A stretch of DNA of 64,000 nt, from NCBI RefSeq assembly GCF_000143415.4, contig NW_003314274.1:1316851-1380850 (forward strand), in the 5' to 3' direction. The stretch is from Selaginella moellendorffii. Lineage: Eukaryota; Plantae; Lycopodiophyta. The translations under genes and the position numbers were made by a program. Positions 12,711-26,400 of the stretch are shown here, one piece after another (the stretch's first letter is position 1; every line of letters starts with the position of its first letter). The notes under the pieces are model-generated. The model did no database searches. It was not told the origin of the DNA and was given only the letters and a program-made list of their open reading frames with translations.

Positions 12711-13291
12711 TACTGGGTGAAAGTTCCATTCTAATCGAAACTTAAACTTACTAGTTGGAAGTTATACCTTGGAAGATTCTATTTGGGGCAATCGCCGCGT
12801 GGAGGTTTTGACACGTGCCCTTCTGTGGCAGACATTAACTCATTTTTACGACAGCGTGACAAAACGAATGACCATTAGTTAAAGTTAAGAAAAGGGGGAA
12901 AAAAGAGGAAGGTAAAGGAAAGAAAAGCGATGGTGCTTGCGATTGCGATTGTTGCTCGTCATGGCTAGGGTTTCTTGGTGCTTGTAAGGAGAAATAGGGT
13001 TGGGGATGCCAAGGTGACACGATGGCCCGTTCCTCGTGAGGGCGCGCCGCGCGATCGGCAGCTGGAATGGTAAGCGCGCTTGGAAATTCTAGTCCCCGCT
13101 CACAAATGCTTGCAAAAAATCTCCCAGATCGCGCGCTCTTCTTCCGGGCCTGGAATTCGTCCTGATTTCGCGATCTTGCGCTCGCCCCGGCGCTAGATTT
13201 CGGGAAATTCGGGGGGAAGCCCCACATTCTCAGCGAATGTGTTCTTGATCGCGGCGGTCTCAATCCTTCCAAGACGGGGGCTGCTTGCTGC

Positions 13292-14532
13292 GTGGCCGCC
13301 CGGCGGCCACGCAAGTCTCCCGAGGACGATGTGGTGGAGCAGCAGCGGCATTACAGGCAGAGAAATCCCTCCCAGGTCTCGGGTAGCTGGGGCAAGTCCC
13401 CGGTGGACGATTTCGAGGTCTCGGTCCATGGTGGTCCGCAGCTACGCAGGCTCTCTTTCTCTTCTGGGAGTAGAAGTGGAAGCCGGATAGCAAGCTCGCC
13501 TGTGAGCCACCAGCGGACCTTTTCTGGCAGCTTGTTCTCGCAGGGTGTGAGCCCCTCGGATAGCTTTCGAACTTCTCAATGGAATTTCATTGGAGGAGCG
13601 GCAGACTACATCTTTGCTCTACCAGGTACTTGGAAATGGGGTCCCATGATTTACTTTTTTTTTCTGGTTTCTCGTTCTAATCCGTTCTTTGTTTGTCATA
13701 GATTCGGTTAGCCCTTCTGGTCTTTTGCATTCCAAGGAGGTATGCATATAGTTCTCTTCTTTATGTTGGTATGCCATGATCTTAATTGTTGTTTCTATAG
13801 TCCTTTTCGGAACCCGCATCTTCTCATCGAGAGAGACTGAGATGGACGAGTGCCAGCAGCCCGTCGGATTTTTTCTCTCCCCAGGACTCCACGAACATTA
13901 GCATGGAGCAGCTCAAAGTTGCCGGTTTGCTCCGGCCCCCGGTTGAGCTACTGACTTGCGGCCTGTGCGCACGCTGGTTGTCTCAGGCGTCGCCGCTGAG
14001 CTCACTGCCCGTGGTTGGAGTTCTCTCCTGCGGCCACGTGTTCCATGCGGAGTGCCTCGAGCACTCGGTTCCACAGGGCCAAAAGCAAGATCCCCCATGC
14101 CCGCATTGTGTTTCGTCGGAAAGGGCCCTCAAGAGCGCCTCCAGCAAGAGTCTCACGCAGTCATCGTCGTCCAAAGGCATACTCAAGAGCTTCTCCCACG
14201 CCTCGACGTCCGCAAAGAACAAGCTCTCCAGAGTTGGCGTGATAACCGACGACGGTTCAGGGGCCGGAAAGGAGCCGCAACTGAGCAAGTTTCCGTCGTC
14301 AAGCGGCTCCTCCAAGTCTCAGCTGTCAACTTTCTTCGGTGACAAGACGACTCTCGGGAAATCCATCTCCAAGCGGGCGTTCCCATTTATCAGAAGGAAG
14401 GATTCGCTGCTGGGCGAATGCAGGTTCCGGAAGCCGGGCTCTCCCGCCCGAGTCTCGCCCGAGAAAGATTTCACGGTCGAAGAACACAGCCAGTCGAAAG
14501 AAGCTCGGTCGACTTCGTTCAGGAGCCCGTGA
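13292..14532 (+). CDS. RING-H2-type zinc finger protein (5' limit uncertain)
   Basis: CGLC...VVGVLSCGHVFHAECLE...DPPCPHC in a Ser-rich context; upstream exons with GT-AG introns. Confidence 0.8.
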
Positions 14533-14781
14533 ACAGGTGCGCATGGTGGTGCTCTTTGGCAGCAGCTGTAAGATACGTCATAGGACGCCAAATCAGTGTA
14601 TGTGCCTTGATACCGGTCTGGCAGCTCTCGTCTGATTACTCCGTTTCCTTCTCCATCAAATCATCGTCGTCGACGCAATGGTCTGTTCAATCAACAAAGC
14701 TTCTCTCTTTTTTTTTCACTCTTTCTCTCGGCTCGGGTAACACTTTTACTTTATTGAGATGCTAACCTTGGTTTGAAGTCT

Positions 14782-15474
14782 TTACAGAGCTCGGCTCAAG
14801 AGAAGGCCTGCATAAGCGGCCATGAGAAGAACCGGAAAGGCCACCGTGAAAACACTCCCCACCAGCTTGAGCCATCGGTTGAACCTCGGCAGCGGTGCTC
14901 CAAAGCACGACCAGAGAAAGACGATCCAGACGCCTACCGCTACGCCGGTGGTTGCTCCATCGCTGAGCTCCAAATGGTTCTTCAAAGCTCGACACAGCAC
15001 CCCGGTGGTCATGTACGAGAGGCTAAACCAGAGGCAGCGTAGCATCATCCTGGCAACTCGGTGACGCTCCTTGTCATCCACTGGGCACTCGAGCTTCACC
15101 AGCAGTGCGACGATCGACTTCTTGCTCTTCTTCGCCGCCGCTGCCGCCATCTTTCTCTCGGGTGGAAACGGAGGCTTGTTCTTGCCTCTCGACTCCGGGG
15201 ACGAGCAGCTCCGGGCAGTGACCAAGTAGACGGCCATGAGCATTCCGGCGGTGGCAATGACAGAGGCAGTGAGAAGACTGAATGCTAGAGGCTTGTCGCC
15301 GGTGGCACTGGAGCTGAGAGTTACCTGTAAGCAAGTGGAAGCAATGACGCTTAGGGGCGTCATGGCCACATTAGCGACCGCTGTGACGACGTCCTCGCGG
15401 TGTTGTTCGTGCTCCTCGTCTTCTCCGGCCATGGAAGACGCTGCTGGTGCTGGTGCTGGTGTTGGTACCTCCAT
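14782..15474 (-). CDS. Single-exon multi-pass membrane protein, unknown family
   Basis: ~230-aa open frame with about 5 hydrophobic segments and a basic internal loop. Confidence 0.6.
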   Translation of the reverse strand: MEVPTPAPAPAASSMAGEDEEHEQHREDVVTAVANVAMTPLSVIASTCLQVTLSSSATGDKPLAFSLLTASVIATAGMLMAVYLVTARSCSSPESRGKNKPPFPPERKMAAAAAKKSKKSIVALLVKLECPVDDKERHRVARMMLRCLWFSLSYMTTGVLCRALKNHLELSDGATTGVAVGVWIVFLWSCFGAPLPRFNRWLKLVGSVFTVAFPVLLMAAYAGLLLSRAL

Positions 15475-15843
15475 CGCTGGAAGTGACAACTAGTGCTCTC
15501 TGCGCTGCGAGCTTCTTTTTAGCGAGGCCGGCTTTACGTGGAGTGTATCGCAACACGCTGGTAAAAAAGCTGGCGAACTTATGTGTGTGCTGTTTTTGCA
15601 GCGGTGATTTCCACTGCTTGAGGATGTGTGTAGTGCACACAAGAATCGTTTGGGTTTTATTTTATCTAGCAGGGAATCGTACGGACTATTTTCTTGTTTT
15701 CGGTGCACCAACGAATCCACTGCATAGTCTTTGCGTCTCTTAAATGCTCACCTCTTTTCTAATAGTTGGGATACTGTTTCTTTCTTTGATTTGATTTTTT
15801 CCCTCTTTGCGTGTGATATCAGTATCGTCTTGAGTCTTGAGCG

Positions 15844-17655
15844 ATGGCTATGGAGTGGTGGTCCGCGATCATAGCCGCTTTGGCCCTTGCAAAGTCGATA
15901 GCTCTCAACCTGGTGATTGCGAGGGTGGTGGGATTTGTGTTCAGTTTGTGCCGCCTTCATGTTTTTGTGAGGAGGAGATTGGCAAAGCAGGGAATTCTCG
16001 GCCCCAAGCCTTCATGGCTCGCGGGAAATGCAGTCGAGATGAAGAGATTGGTGGCCTCTGCGACGTCGGCTGATATGAAGAGCACCAGTAACGATATTTC
16101 TGCTCGGCTGCTACCTTTCCACCACAAACATGCACAGACTTACGGTACGGCAATCTTATCACTTCTTTCTTGGTTTTCATTCCGTGTTGCAGGGAAGAGA
16201 TTTCTAGCCTGGTCTGTGGGATGGGAACCTTTCGTGAGCATCTCAGAGCCAGAGCTGATTCACGAGATTTTAAATTCGACCGATTTCGAGAAAAGTGGAA
16301 TTCAAAACAGGTTTATGATGCCTCTGTTTGGCAGAGGACTTGTCATGGCCACTGGAAAGGCTTGGGACCATCAAAGGCGGCTTCTCAATCCTGCTTTCTA
16401 CGTCGAGAGAATCAAGGTGGTTTATGCTTCGACGATGGTTTCTTCAACTTTTACTGACTGCTATACTGCGCAGGGGTTCCTTCCAACGATAAACTTTTGT
16501 GCGAGTGGCCTGGTGCAAGAGTGGAAGGGATTGATTCGCAGCAGCAGCTCGAACGTTGTGGAGGTCGACGTCCATTCCGTGCTCACGTCGGTCACAGCGG
16601 ACATCATTGCTAGGACGTCTTTTGGGCACGAGTTTACCCACAGAGAAGAATACGTTCGCTTGGAAAGAGAGCTCGAGGTGTGCGTTTTGAATCAACCGGC
16701 GTTTTGCTTGATACCCGGCTACAGGTAACAAACACACGCTGTCACACGCTATGCATTGACCATTTTCGTCTCTACAGATATCTTCCTACTAAACAGAACA
16801 GGAAGCTGTGGGAAATCACGCGAAAAATTCGAAGCTACCTCTATGAACTGATTGATGCTCGGCTTGCCACCGGCAAAGATCACTTTGGTGACGACATCTT
16901 GGGCTTGCTACTGGCTGCTACGTTCTCGTCCTCGCCATCCTCGACAAAGAAAGTACCTCCGATGAGCAAGGACGTCCTGATCGACGACTGCAAAACGTTG
17001 TTCTTCGCTGGACACGAGTCATCTGCTGATCTCGTTACTTGGTCGATGATGCTCCTGGCTCTAAACCCGGAGTGGCAGGCGAGAGCCCGCAGTGAAGTGC
17101 TGCAGGTTCTTGACGGATGCGAGGTCCTCACTTCCGAAATGCTTCCAAAGCTCAAACTCGTAAGAAGAAGGTTTCCTTTATCTTCCAGCTTTTTCACTCC
17201 TAACGGTGATGGTTTTCAAACAGATTGGCAACATTCTCTCGGAAACTCTACGCTTGTATCCGGCCGCTGTGGCTATCCGACGTAAAGCTGTCAAGGATGT
17301 GGTGTTCACCAAGGGAAAGCTTGTCATCCCCAAAGGAGTTTGTGCGGAAGTCCCCATCTTGCGCGTCCATCACGATCCAGAACTCTGGGGAGACGATGTG
17401 CTCGAGTTTAATCCGGACAGGTTCTCGAAGAGTGAGGCAGTGGCAGCTGGGAGCTATTTGCCATTTGGCTGGGGGCCGAGGATTTGCATTGGGCGAAACT
17501 TTGCTCTTGCGGAAGCCAAGGTGGTGTTGTCTACGCTGCTTGACAACTTTGAGTGGGAGATTTCACCTAGCTATCGCCATTCTCCTCGAGCTGGAGTGAC
17601 GCTCTATCCCCAGCATGGCATGCAATTACTACTGCGGCAACTTCCTCAGAACTGA
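15844..17655 (+). CDS. Cytochrome P450, CYP72 clan
   Basis: DIIARTSFG, TLFFAGHES, PEWQARARSEV, ETLRLYP (ExxR), FNPDRF, heme motif FGWGPRICIG; 4 introns. Confidence 0.95.
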
Positions 17656-18417
17656 TTTGCTGGTCCGATCCAAAGATCCAACTAGCAACACTTCAATGAT
17701 TTATGATTGTTTTTGACAGATTGTCTGTATGGGTGGTGGTGCATGTCATAGTTCATAAAACACGCAGTCACATAAAATCAAGAGCATCAAAGAATTAGAA
17801 CACCAAATCAGAGCATTTTTAATTTAAGAATTCAACCAGGTAGCGTAATACGAGTATTGGATTTTTACAGATATGAAAAGATGTGAACTATCTATGATCT
17901 TTTACTTACTATTTATGCTACACTGGTTGTGTTTTATTTCTAAATTTAAAGCAATCATGCATAGCTTTTCCCCATATAATTGCAGGGGCCCATCAACCTG
18001 TCAAGTGATCAATCAACCTTTTTCCAAGAAAGCATATGAAACCTACATCAGCTTTGTCAAGCAGTGGACATTCGATCCTTGTTACAGACCATTTGTCTCC
18101 ATCAACCGGTCAATCGCGTGAACAAATGCATTGCAACCGAACTTGGCACCACTATTCTTTCTCCCTCATCGCTGCCAAAAATCAACATAGCCACCACATC
18201 TTTTGCTAGGATTCCTCCAATGGAAAACTTGTGATATTGCCGTAAGAAAATAGCTCCCCCTTAAAATCCTTGTAAAAACCTGTTCTCGATGCTCCCCTGG
18301 CCATAGCGCAATTCCTCAAAGCTTGGGCGTCCAAATCCCGTTGCAAACCCGGCTTGAAACGCGCAAAGGTTAGATGGATATAACATAAGCATGCAAGAAA
18401 CTTCTATACCTTCATGC

Positions 18418-21400
18418 TTATATAAGTTTTGCCTTCTCCCAAGCCGTGCGAAGTTGTTCCGCACTGTCAACAGAGGCATCGAGGATGGTTTTGATGATGT
18501 CCGCTTCGTGACAGTGAGATTCCACTTCTTTCTCGAGTTTGGCAGACTGTAGTACGGCTCTGCGCAACACGCTCTCTGGCATTCCTGCATGGAAAGAGCG
18601 ACTAACATGTGCATGAGACGGGAACTTTCGCTTGCCTGCTATTCGTGCGACGTTGACGCCATAACTCTTCGGGCAAGAGCCAGAAGTGAGTTTGTAGAGG
18701 AATGTTACTGCTTCCAGCTCGTTATTTCCACCTCCAACCTTGCATGCCATATGGCACAAAGACACCTGTCCACAGCCAACAATGAGGCCAGCAACAGACG
18801 CGGAAAGCTTACGGAAGGGTCATTCGCAAAATCGCTTGCAAGTTTGTGGTAGTGAGAAGAAAACATTCCCCGACATTGGACGTTGTGTGCTAGATAATGG
18901 AGCACGGCGTGCCTGGAAACAAAAGAAAAGGAAGAAGAAGCAACGGAGATAGGCTTTTAAGAAACACAAATGAAATAAAACATACGCTATAGCTTGGCCG
19001 TCTGAGGTTGCTGTTCCACGTCCAAGCTCGTCCAGAGCCACAAACGAGTTTTGAGTTGCACAGCGCTGGAACAGACGGTGTTAGAGATGGACGCTCAAAC
19101 ACAGTCGAGGAGTTACCAGCATAACAGCGGTTTCCAGTAGTTCAATCAAGAATGTGCTTTGACCTGTCATGATTTGATCCTTGGCTCCCATACGAACGAA
19201 TAATCTATCCGTAAGGGAAAGCTCGAGCGACTCAGCTGGAACCTCTGAACCAATCTGGAAGCGTCAAAAACCTTTTAGTTTTGTCCAAAGTATCATAGAT
19301 GACTTTACCTGTGCGAGTATCATTCCCAGACATACTTGACGAAGCAAAGTCGACTTGCCACCCATATTGGGCCCTGTCAAAAGCATAACCTCTGGATTGC
19401 TTCCGCCACCGAGAACAACATCGTTCGGAACAAAAGGAGTGCTTGCAGCAGTACTAACAGCCACTATAGGATGTCGTAAGGCTTTGGCTCTAAAAACCGG
19501 CTTTGCAAGTTGACTTGCTGGGACAAACGTTGGCAAGCACGTCATTCCATCCATGTGCAACCGGGCAGACGATATGCTCATAAGAGCATCCAATTCTGGA
19601 AAGAGAAAGCTTTGTTTATCAAGCGACTGTTGCTTGCATACCAGAACTTGCATACCAGAAACAGCTCGAATAGCAGAGAGCCAGTGATCGTGATCGTCAC
19701 AAAAGCGCTTAGTAAGAGTCTGGAGTATGCCTCTCAGAGCAGCTTCCTTCTCGTTTTCACAAAGGCTAAGCTCTTGCAACAGCTCTTTCACTCTTGGTGT
19801 CCAGTATCGACAGAAACCCTGCACGTTAGCTCTGCTAGTCACTTTCAATGAAAACGCCGCTGTTTACCTTTCTAGACGAGCGAAGTTCGTAATCTGAAGG
19901 CACTTTAGTATGCAGCTCTTCGGGTATCTCAAGCAGGTAAGTATCCTTCCCAACAGTCACGTAAGAAATCTGCTACAGAGCAACAGTCAATATGAGTACA
20001 ATGGAGAAACAAGCTACCTCTGGATTTTTGAAAAACTTTTGCTGGCTCTTCAGGTAGCTCTCGAGTTTTTCTCTGGGATCAGATGCCGATAAGTTGCTAT
20101 GATCACCACCGGTTACTCGACCATTTGCTTCTGACTCCGACCAGTCAAAGGAATCCTCAAAATACTGCAGAAGAGGCTTCAAATCAGGAAATCCTTTCCC
20201 TAAGAAGAGTATACAATTTTCAGTAACGTTTGGCTATATAGGAAAAAGGCTTACCAAAGGTCAATAAAGACCGCAGGCGAGCTGATTTGAGCTGCGGCAG
20301 ACAATTGCCGAAACAAGATACAGCTTTGACAAGTTTCTGAAAGCCCCGAAGTGCCGCAACGAGTTCCTTGATCTGCTTCTTTGCAGCATCTTCATACAGC
20401 ACAACCTTCTGTGAATGCCTCCCATTTTCCCCACTAAAAACGCATTGCAGTAAATCAGAAGTGCATCGAATAAGAGTCTTCAAACCTGTTTGCACTGAGT
20501 CGAGCTAGAAGTCTTTCAAGGTCCGGAATACCAAAGAGCTCCCGTCGAAATTCTGAAACTGCATTTTCCGCCACACCCTGCAACAAGCTCGATCAACTCG
20601 GAGTGAGTACCAACAGACTAACCTGCATATCTACGACGGCATTTTGCCGTTGCACAATGGATTCAATATTGCAAAGAGGCCTGACAATCCACTGCTTCAA
20701 TAGACGTCTTCCGAATGGTGTTATGCAGTGGTCGAGTAAACACAAAAGAGTCCTGTAATGACCAGCTTAATGAGTTACCGCATCGAAACCATACTCACCC
20801 TGCCACTCCACAATTGGAAGAGTTTTCCAATATTTCCAAGTTATCCAAAGCAGCACTGTCAAGTACCATGTGAGCTTCTGCGGGATCAGCTTCAGGAATA
20901 GCGGCTGAATGTTCGAATGACAGGTCCGATCCTGGAAGCAACTCGAACCTCCCAAGCTGGAGGAGCTGACCATCAAGAAGCGATTGCCTCAAGTAACAAA
21001 TGCAGCCCCCAAAAGCAGATAAAACTGGTTCTGACGAAACACCAAGCTCGAGAATTTTTTGAAGAACGGTGGGCATCGCGTCTGAAGCTCCATAACTGGT
21101 GCGAATCTCTTTGGTTGTCTGTTCAGCGTCCCAGAACTCTTTTGAAGGTACAAGTTGACTGATCAATGGTTTTCTTGTTTGTTCGCGTAAGGCCTTTTGA
21201 GTAGCGTCCGTCAGCAAGCCAAGCGGCAAGACTAGTTCGACAGGCCTCAGTTCTGTCAATATAGATCTAAGTTTCGTCCTTGCGGAGTCATCCTCGACCT
21301 GGCGTTATGCATCAATCAGTTATAAGCCACACAGTAGACAATCACGGACCTGACCGAGCATAAATAAAGCCCTGGAGGCATCTACCACACAAAGTCCGAC

Positions 21401-23351
21401 CAAAGAACTTCCATAATTGTCCGCCTTCTCTGTTACTGCAGCAAGGAAGGAGGGCTCCGCATTGTCACTAATCATACCAGAGTCCACCATGGTTCCCTTA
21501 GTTATGATCGCACATATTTCACGTCTTACAACCTGTAAACTTTTGCTTGTATGTATCAAGAACACAGATCGTTATACCTTGTCTTTGCTGCCCGTTTTTC
21601 TCTTGCGTTCTTCAAGCTGTTCTGGTGTCTCCGTTTGCTCCACCACCAACACTCGATGCCCCTAAAATCAAAATCATAAGCATTTCCACTGGGGTGCGAA
21701 GTTTCTACCTTTCGAACTAGCTTCTCTACATTCTCAAAATAATTCTTTTCCGGGAAGCCACAATGCGGCTGCTCACCCTGAACAAGAAGAAAGGTTAACA
21801 CTTTATAAATAAAAACTGGAGAGAGCGTAGTGAACCTTCATGTACTGCAGATCAAGGTCTTGAGCTCCAACATGTGCATCCATCTCAAACATTTCGTAGA
21901 ACTTCCCCATCTGCAGCATGCAGCACAGCTAAACACTAGCAGGCATAAGCATCGCATCATCACCTTAAAAAGAAGAACTTTATCCATGTGTTTGGCCTTG
22001 AATTCCCACCATTGCCTCTATTTCGTAAAACAAAAAATAATGACCATCACAAAAGATCAAGGCAGTACCTGGCCTCCTGTGAGCCCTTTCACAAACTCGG
22101 CCGGCAAAAAAAGTGTTCGAGAATCAAAATTTGGCCAGTCATGGCGCCTTCCTGAAGAATCCTTGCGGTTCCTTTTACAATTCACATTTTGATCAGCCAG
22201 GACGCAGTAACCCAATCTTACTTGCCAAGAAAGCTGAATTTTCTTGAGATTCGACCGCCAAAACGTTCAAGTGCTTCACCACTCAGCAGTAGTGAGCGAT
22301 CGGCCTCTGCACGCCAATGTATATCAATCTAGAAAACACTAGGACAAGCTTACCACAACACTCATCCGCTCTCGTTGTGGCAGGTTCTATCTGCCGAACA
22401 GTTTCCTCTTTGAACCGTGTAATTTTTTCGAGTTCTTCAGCTCGCTGTCTGCAGAAAAGATGCTCAAAATCTGAGTCAGGAAAAGGCTAGTACCTGGTAT
22501 CTTCTTTCGGAATTTCTCCGATCGTCGCTTCGTCCTCCATCGTTCGTTTTTCTTTGACATCGGCACCTTTGACTTCACAGCCACTATCATCGTCTGAAGA
22601 AGCCACCACGTACTTCTTTCTCAGCCTTTTCCTCGGAGCTCCCAAACCATCCGACGTTTTGACTGCTGCACTTGCTGAAGAAACAGAAGAACTTCTTCGA
22701 GTTTTTCCACAATGACTGTTCTCCAAATCCATCTTCTCAAGGAACTCCTCGTCGTCACCATCTTCCAAAACGACCTTCTGCTGTCCAGACACGCGATTGT
22801 ATTTGAGCGATCATTTCCAGCACCAAAATACCTTCAGTCTTTTGAGTGATTTACTAGACTCCGCTGGAGGACTTCCACATACATTGTCGTCCGCCGGCCT
22901 CTTTAGCGGAGACTCTTTGCTTTTCTCATCATCTCCTTCCTCATTTGGTGCTGTTACCGCTTGAAATGAAGAAAATGTTAGTAGAGAAGTCATAGAAAGC
23001 ATCTTATCTCACCAGTTCTATCGTTTTTTCCAGTATCTTCTTCTTGTCGATCATGAGTTTTCGGTGACAAAGCTTTTCCAGCATACACACAAAACTAAAA
23101 ATGTTAGCATTGGGAAGATCGAGAAGAACTGGAAATCTAATCTACGATCCAAGATCCCTCCATTCCTCCCAAACTATCAAAGTACCTGGATTACTAGCAG
23201 CGGTAGTCGCATCATTGATCACCAAAACCTTCTTTGCCGCCGGCGATGGAGCACCGGGAGAAAAGAAAGACGCAATGCTGCGCTGCTGCTTGGCCGCGGC
23301 GCCGCCTCCTCCACCGCTACCGCCGCCGCTGCTCCTTCGATGCGGCGCCAT
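18418..23351 (-). CDS. MSH6: DNA mismatch repair protein MSH6, multi-exon
   Basis: [10 protein letters not shown]-terminus, [77 protein letters not shown]. Confidence 0.95.
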
Positions 23352-23384
23352 GGAATGGAAATCGAGGAAGAAATGCGCTCTAGC

Positions 23385-23405
23385 TAGGGTTTATGGCTTC
23401 CCGCC
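23385..23405 (-). promoter_or_regulatory. Telo-box plus E2F-like site upstream of MSH6
   Basis: tagggttt 23385-23392 and ttcccgcc 23398-23405 in the 84-bp gap between the KATNIP stop and the MSH6 ATG. Confidence 0.45.
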
Positions 23406-23435
23406 ACTAGTTAAGTAGTAGCGTTTATTTCTATT

Positions 23436-26400
23436 CTATTTGGTTACAAGCGCATTGGAGCCATCGCTCACAACGTAGTTGTCGTTGATGAGGATTATAT
23501 CCGTGTTTGGAACTCCCCCACAGTAGAAGACATTGTCTTCGTTGTCGCGGAGAGTTTGCTCGTCGCTGCTAAAGAGAATCGAATGTGGACAAATTTCGCT
23601 GTCGATCAGATGTCTCGAGTTTGCCGCGATTGCTTTCCTCACGTAGCCTTTGTAGACGAGCAAGTCGTCCACCAAAATCTGCCATTGTATCGCTGTAAGT
23701 GATTGAAACAAAGCGAGAAAAGCTCCAGGAGTTTACCTCGATCTCACGGACACCAAACGTGGGATTCCGGCTGTAGTTCCAGATCTTCACGAGGGATAAC
23801 ATCACAGGCTCGTTGAAATACAAATAGATCTGGTTACCCTGTGAGAGAAAAGAAACAGCACTACTTAGACTCGAAAGAGAAAAATGCTTGAAACTTACTT
23901 CGGTATAATCTCGTACGCTCAACCACATGTTTTGAGTGTCCCAGGTGTTGTTCACTCCATTGAAAAGCTTCTCTGGATTGCTGAAATGAGTGGTCATGTC
24001 AGGCAAGACGTGAACATTGTCTGGCGCATATGTCAAGGCCTCCAAAATCAGAAAAGGAAGGAAAAAACTCGAAGGATACGTTTTAAGACGGGGACACTTT
24101 GGCCCAGCTCGTCAAATAGCTCGATTCCATTGAGTCCCAGATACTGGTGGTCTCCCCAAGTTGAGAGAAGCACAAACTTGATCACATCTGAAAGACAAAA
24201 AAGACAAAAAAGTTCACGTATTTTGCAATGAAGTAGTTACTTACGCCCAGAGGGAAACAAGGGCGTGAGATACTCCTGTAGAACAAGCTTAGCGTAAATC
24301 CGCCTTTGCTTGACATTCTCTCTAACGTTGTGCTGTTTTAAGAAACCACCATTACAATGAAAACATTCACTTCAGCTACCAGATTGGTTACCTTTTCAAG
24401 TTGCTGGAGATTTCTTTTGGATCTCTTGTACAGCGTCAAAACCTGCCCAAAGTCGAACTTGTCCGTCCCGGGAGCTGAAAACCGAGTTGAGACTGAAATA
24501 TCAAGTTAAAACACATACCTTTTCTTAACAGGAAGCCTCCTGCCGGTGAAACTTCGACGTTATCAACGAGAACCTGTATCCATTTTACCTGCAAAGCCGC
24601 CGAGTTCTTTAGCAGGCATGAAAGCAAACATAACTTACACCACGGAACGTGTCGTCTAAACTCTTGTTGTAGTTCCAGAATCTGAAAGCTGACATTGTCA
24701 CCGGCCTTTTAAAGTCGATCTCCAGGAAGTGCTCAGCCTCCGGACCATCATACGGCACAAGCCACATATGCCGATCATCCGTTGTCACATTACATCCGTC
24801 GACAAGCTTATCAAGCGTCCTGTAGTCTCCGGTATGCCCTGGTATATCGTTCAAGTCCCTTGGCTTTCCAGTGATAAACTCACTCTGAATTGAGTGTGCA
24901 TTTCCATTCTCGTCCAGCACCTGCAGAAACAAGTCTCTTCACGTTACCAACAGTAGCGGATGAAAAGAGATTCTAATCCACTTACACGAATGTTATGCGA
25001 AAGTAGTGGGAGTTCTGGTAAAAGGTACGAGCCTGGATTCCAGTCAGTCCAAAGTAATAGCAATCTCCCCAAGACCTGAGTAGATTGAGCCTGAGAACAC
25101 GTCCCATTGGCGCTTTATCCGAACCACAGTGGTCGTGTAATGACTGTCCAACGCGCTTGCCCTGAGAGGAAGGCACCGGGAGCTTAAACACGGGATTTTG
25201 TAAAGGACTTCCAATGTAGGCCTCGGTATCCTCGTTCATGTCATGTAATCCGTCGCTTCCTGGAGAGCCTTTTTTCTTGTAAGTTTGCGCGTCATGCATC
25301 TCTATGGCACACAGGCTGGCCTGAAAAACATCACGACACATGAAATGAAAGGAAAGAAAAAAGATGAAGCTACTAACCTCATTGTTTGTGAAGAGAATTG
25401 GCTCAGCATTGTTGTAAGCGTCAGAGAGCAAGCCGGATGCTCGTCGCAATTCTCCATAAAATATGAGCTGAGAGTCGAGGAACATACGGATCAACCTGGC
25501 ACCGCGGTAAGTATGCATTGTCGACTTGTTGTAGTTCCAAAACCGGACCATTCCCAGCAAAGTTGGCCCCTCGAGAGAAATGGTGATGGTGCAAGGATGT
25601 CCCGGAGAGAAAGGTGCGAGCCACATATGAGAATCGTCGCACGTCAGGTTGACATTGTCGACCAGCCTTTCCACGGGACACGGACTGCAGTTAAGTCCCG
25701 AGAGGAGAGCTGCGGTTGTGTAGCTCACACTGATTTGCTTCCTCGAGTCGATGTGCACCACCTGTCCAGCGTCGTCAAAGATCTCAATGCCGGAGAGACC
25801 AACGTAGTGTGGATCACCCCATGAGCTGTGAATGTCGATCGTCAGCTTCATTCCAAGAGGTAGGAGCGGAATGGAGAAGTCACTCGGCGCTACAAGCTCC
25901 GATATTTGTTGCTCGTCACCGTCTAGCTCTTCTAAGTCTGCATCGTCGGTGTAGCTTAGAGCTTGGAGAAGCGCTGCTTTGTCGGCTGATTCGTCGAGCA
26001 TGTCGACCGAGAACATTTCATACGTTGCATCCGCGGACAAGTTCGCACTGACAACTTTCTGGCTCACATTTTGCTCGAACTTATTGTAGAAAGTACAAGT
26101 GTCTGTAAACAAAGAAAAAAGCTCTGAGCGGATATTGTAGTCGTTTCAGAAGTCTTACCTTCACCGTCTGAGTTTAGTATCCTTTCAATCTCCTCGAGCT
26201 CCATATTGTCTTCCTCGAGCTTGTCTATGTCGGCTTGCAGATTGTCGTCAGCGTCGTCGGTCTCCTCTGGTTGTGGTTCCCTTTTCGAAGCGATACTACG
26301 CTGCAAGTAACGAGCAGCCCTGGACCATATTGACTCCGTTTCAACCTTTTCCACGGCCTGCCTCGTCGCAAGCTTATTACCAGCGACTTCAGAGTCTTCA

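Noticed and set aside
17873-18400. Short ORFs between the P450 and MSH6
   Set aside because: No recognisable homology; probably UTR or intergenic
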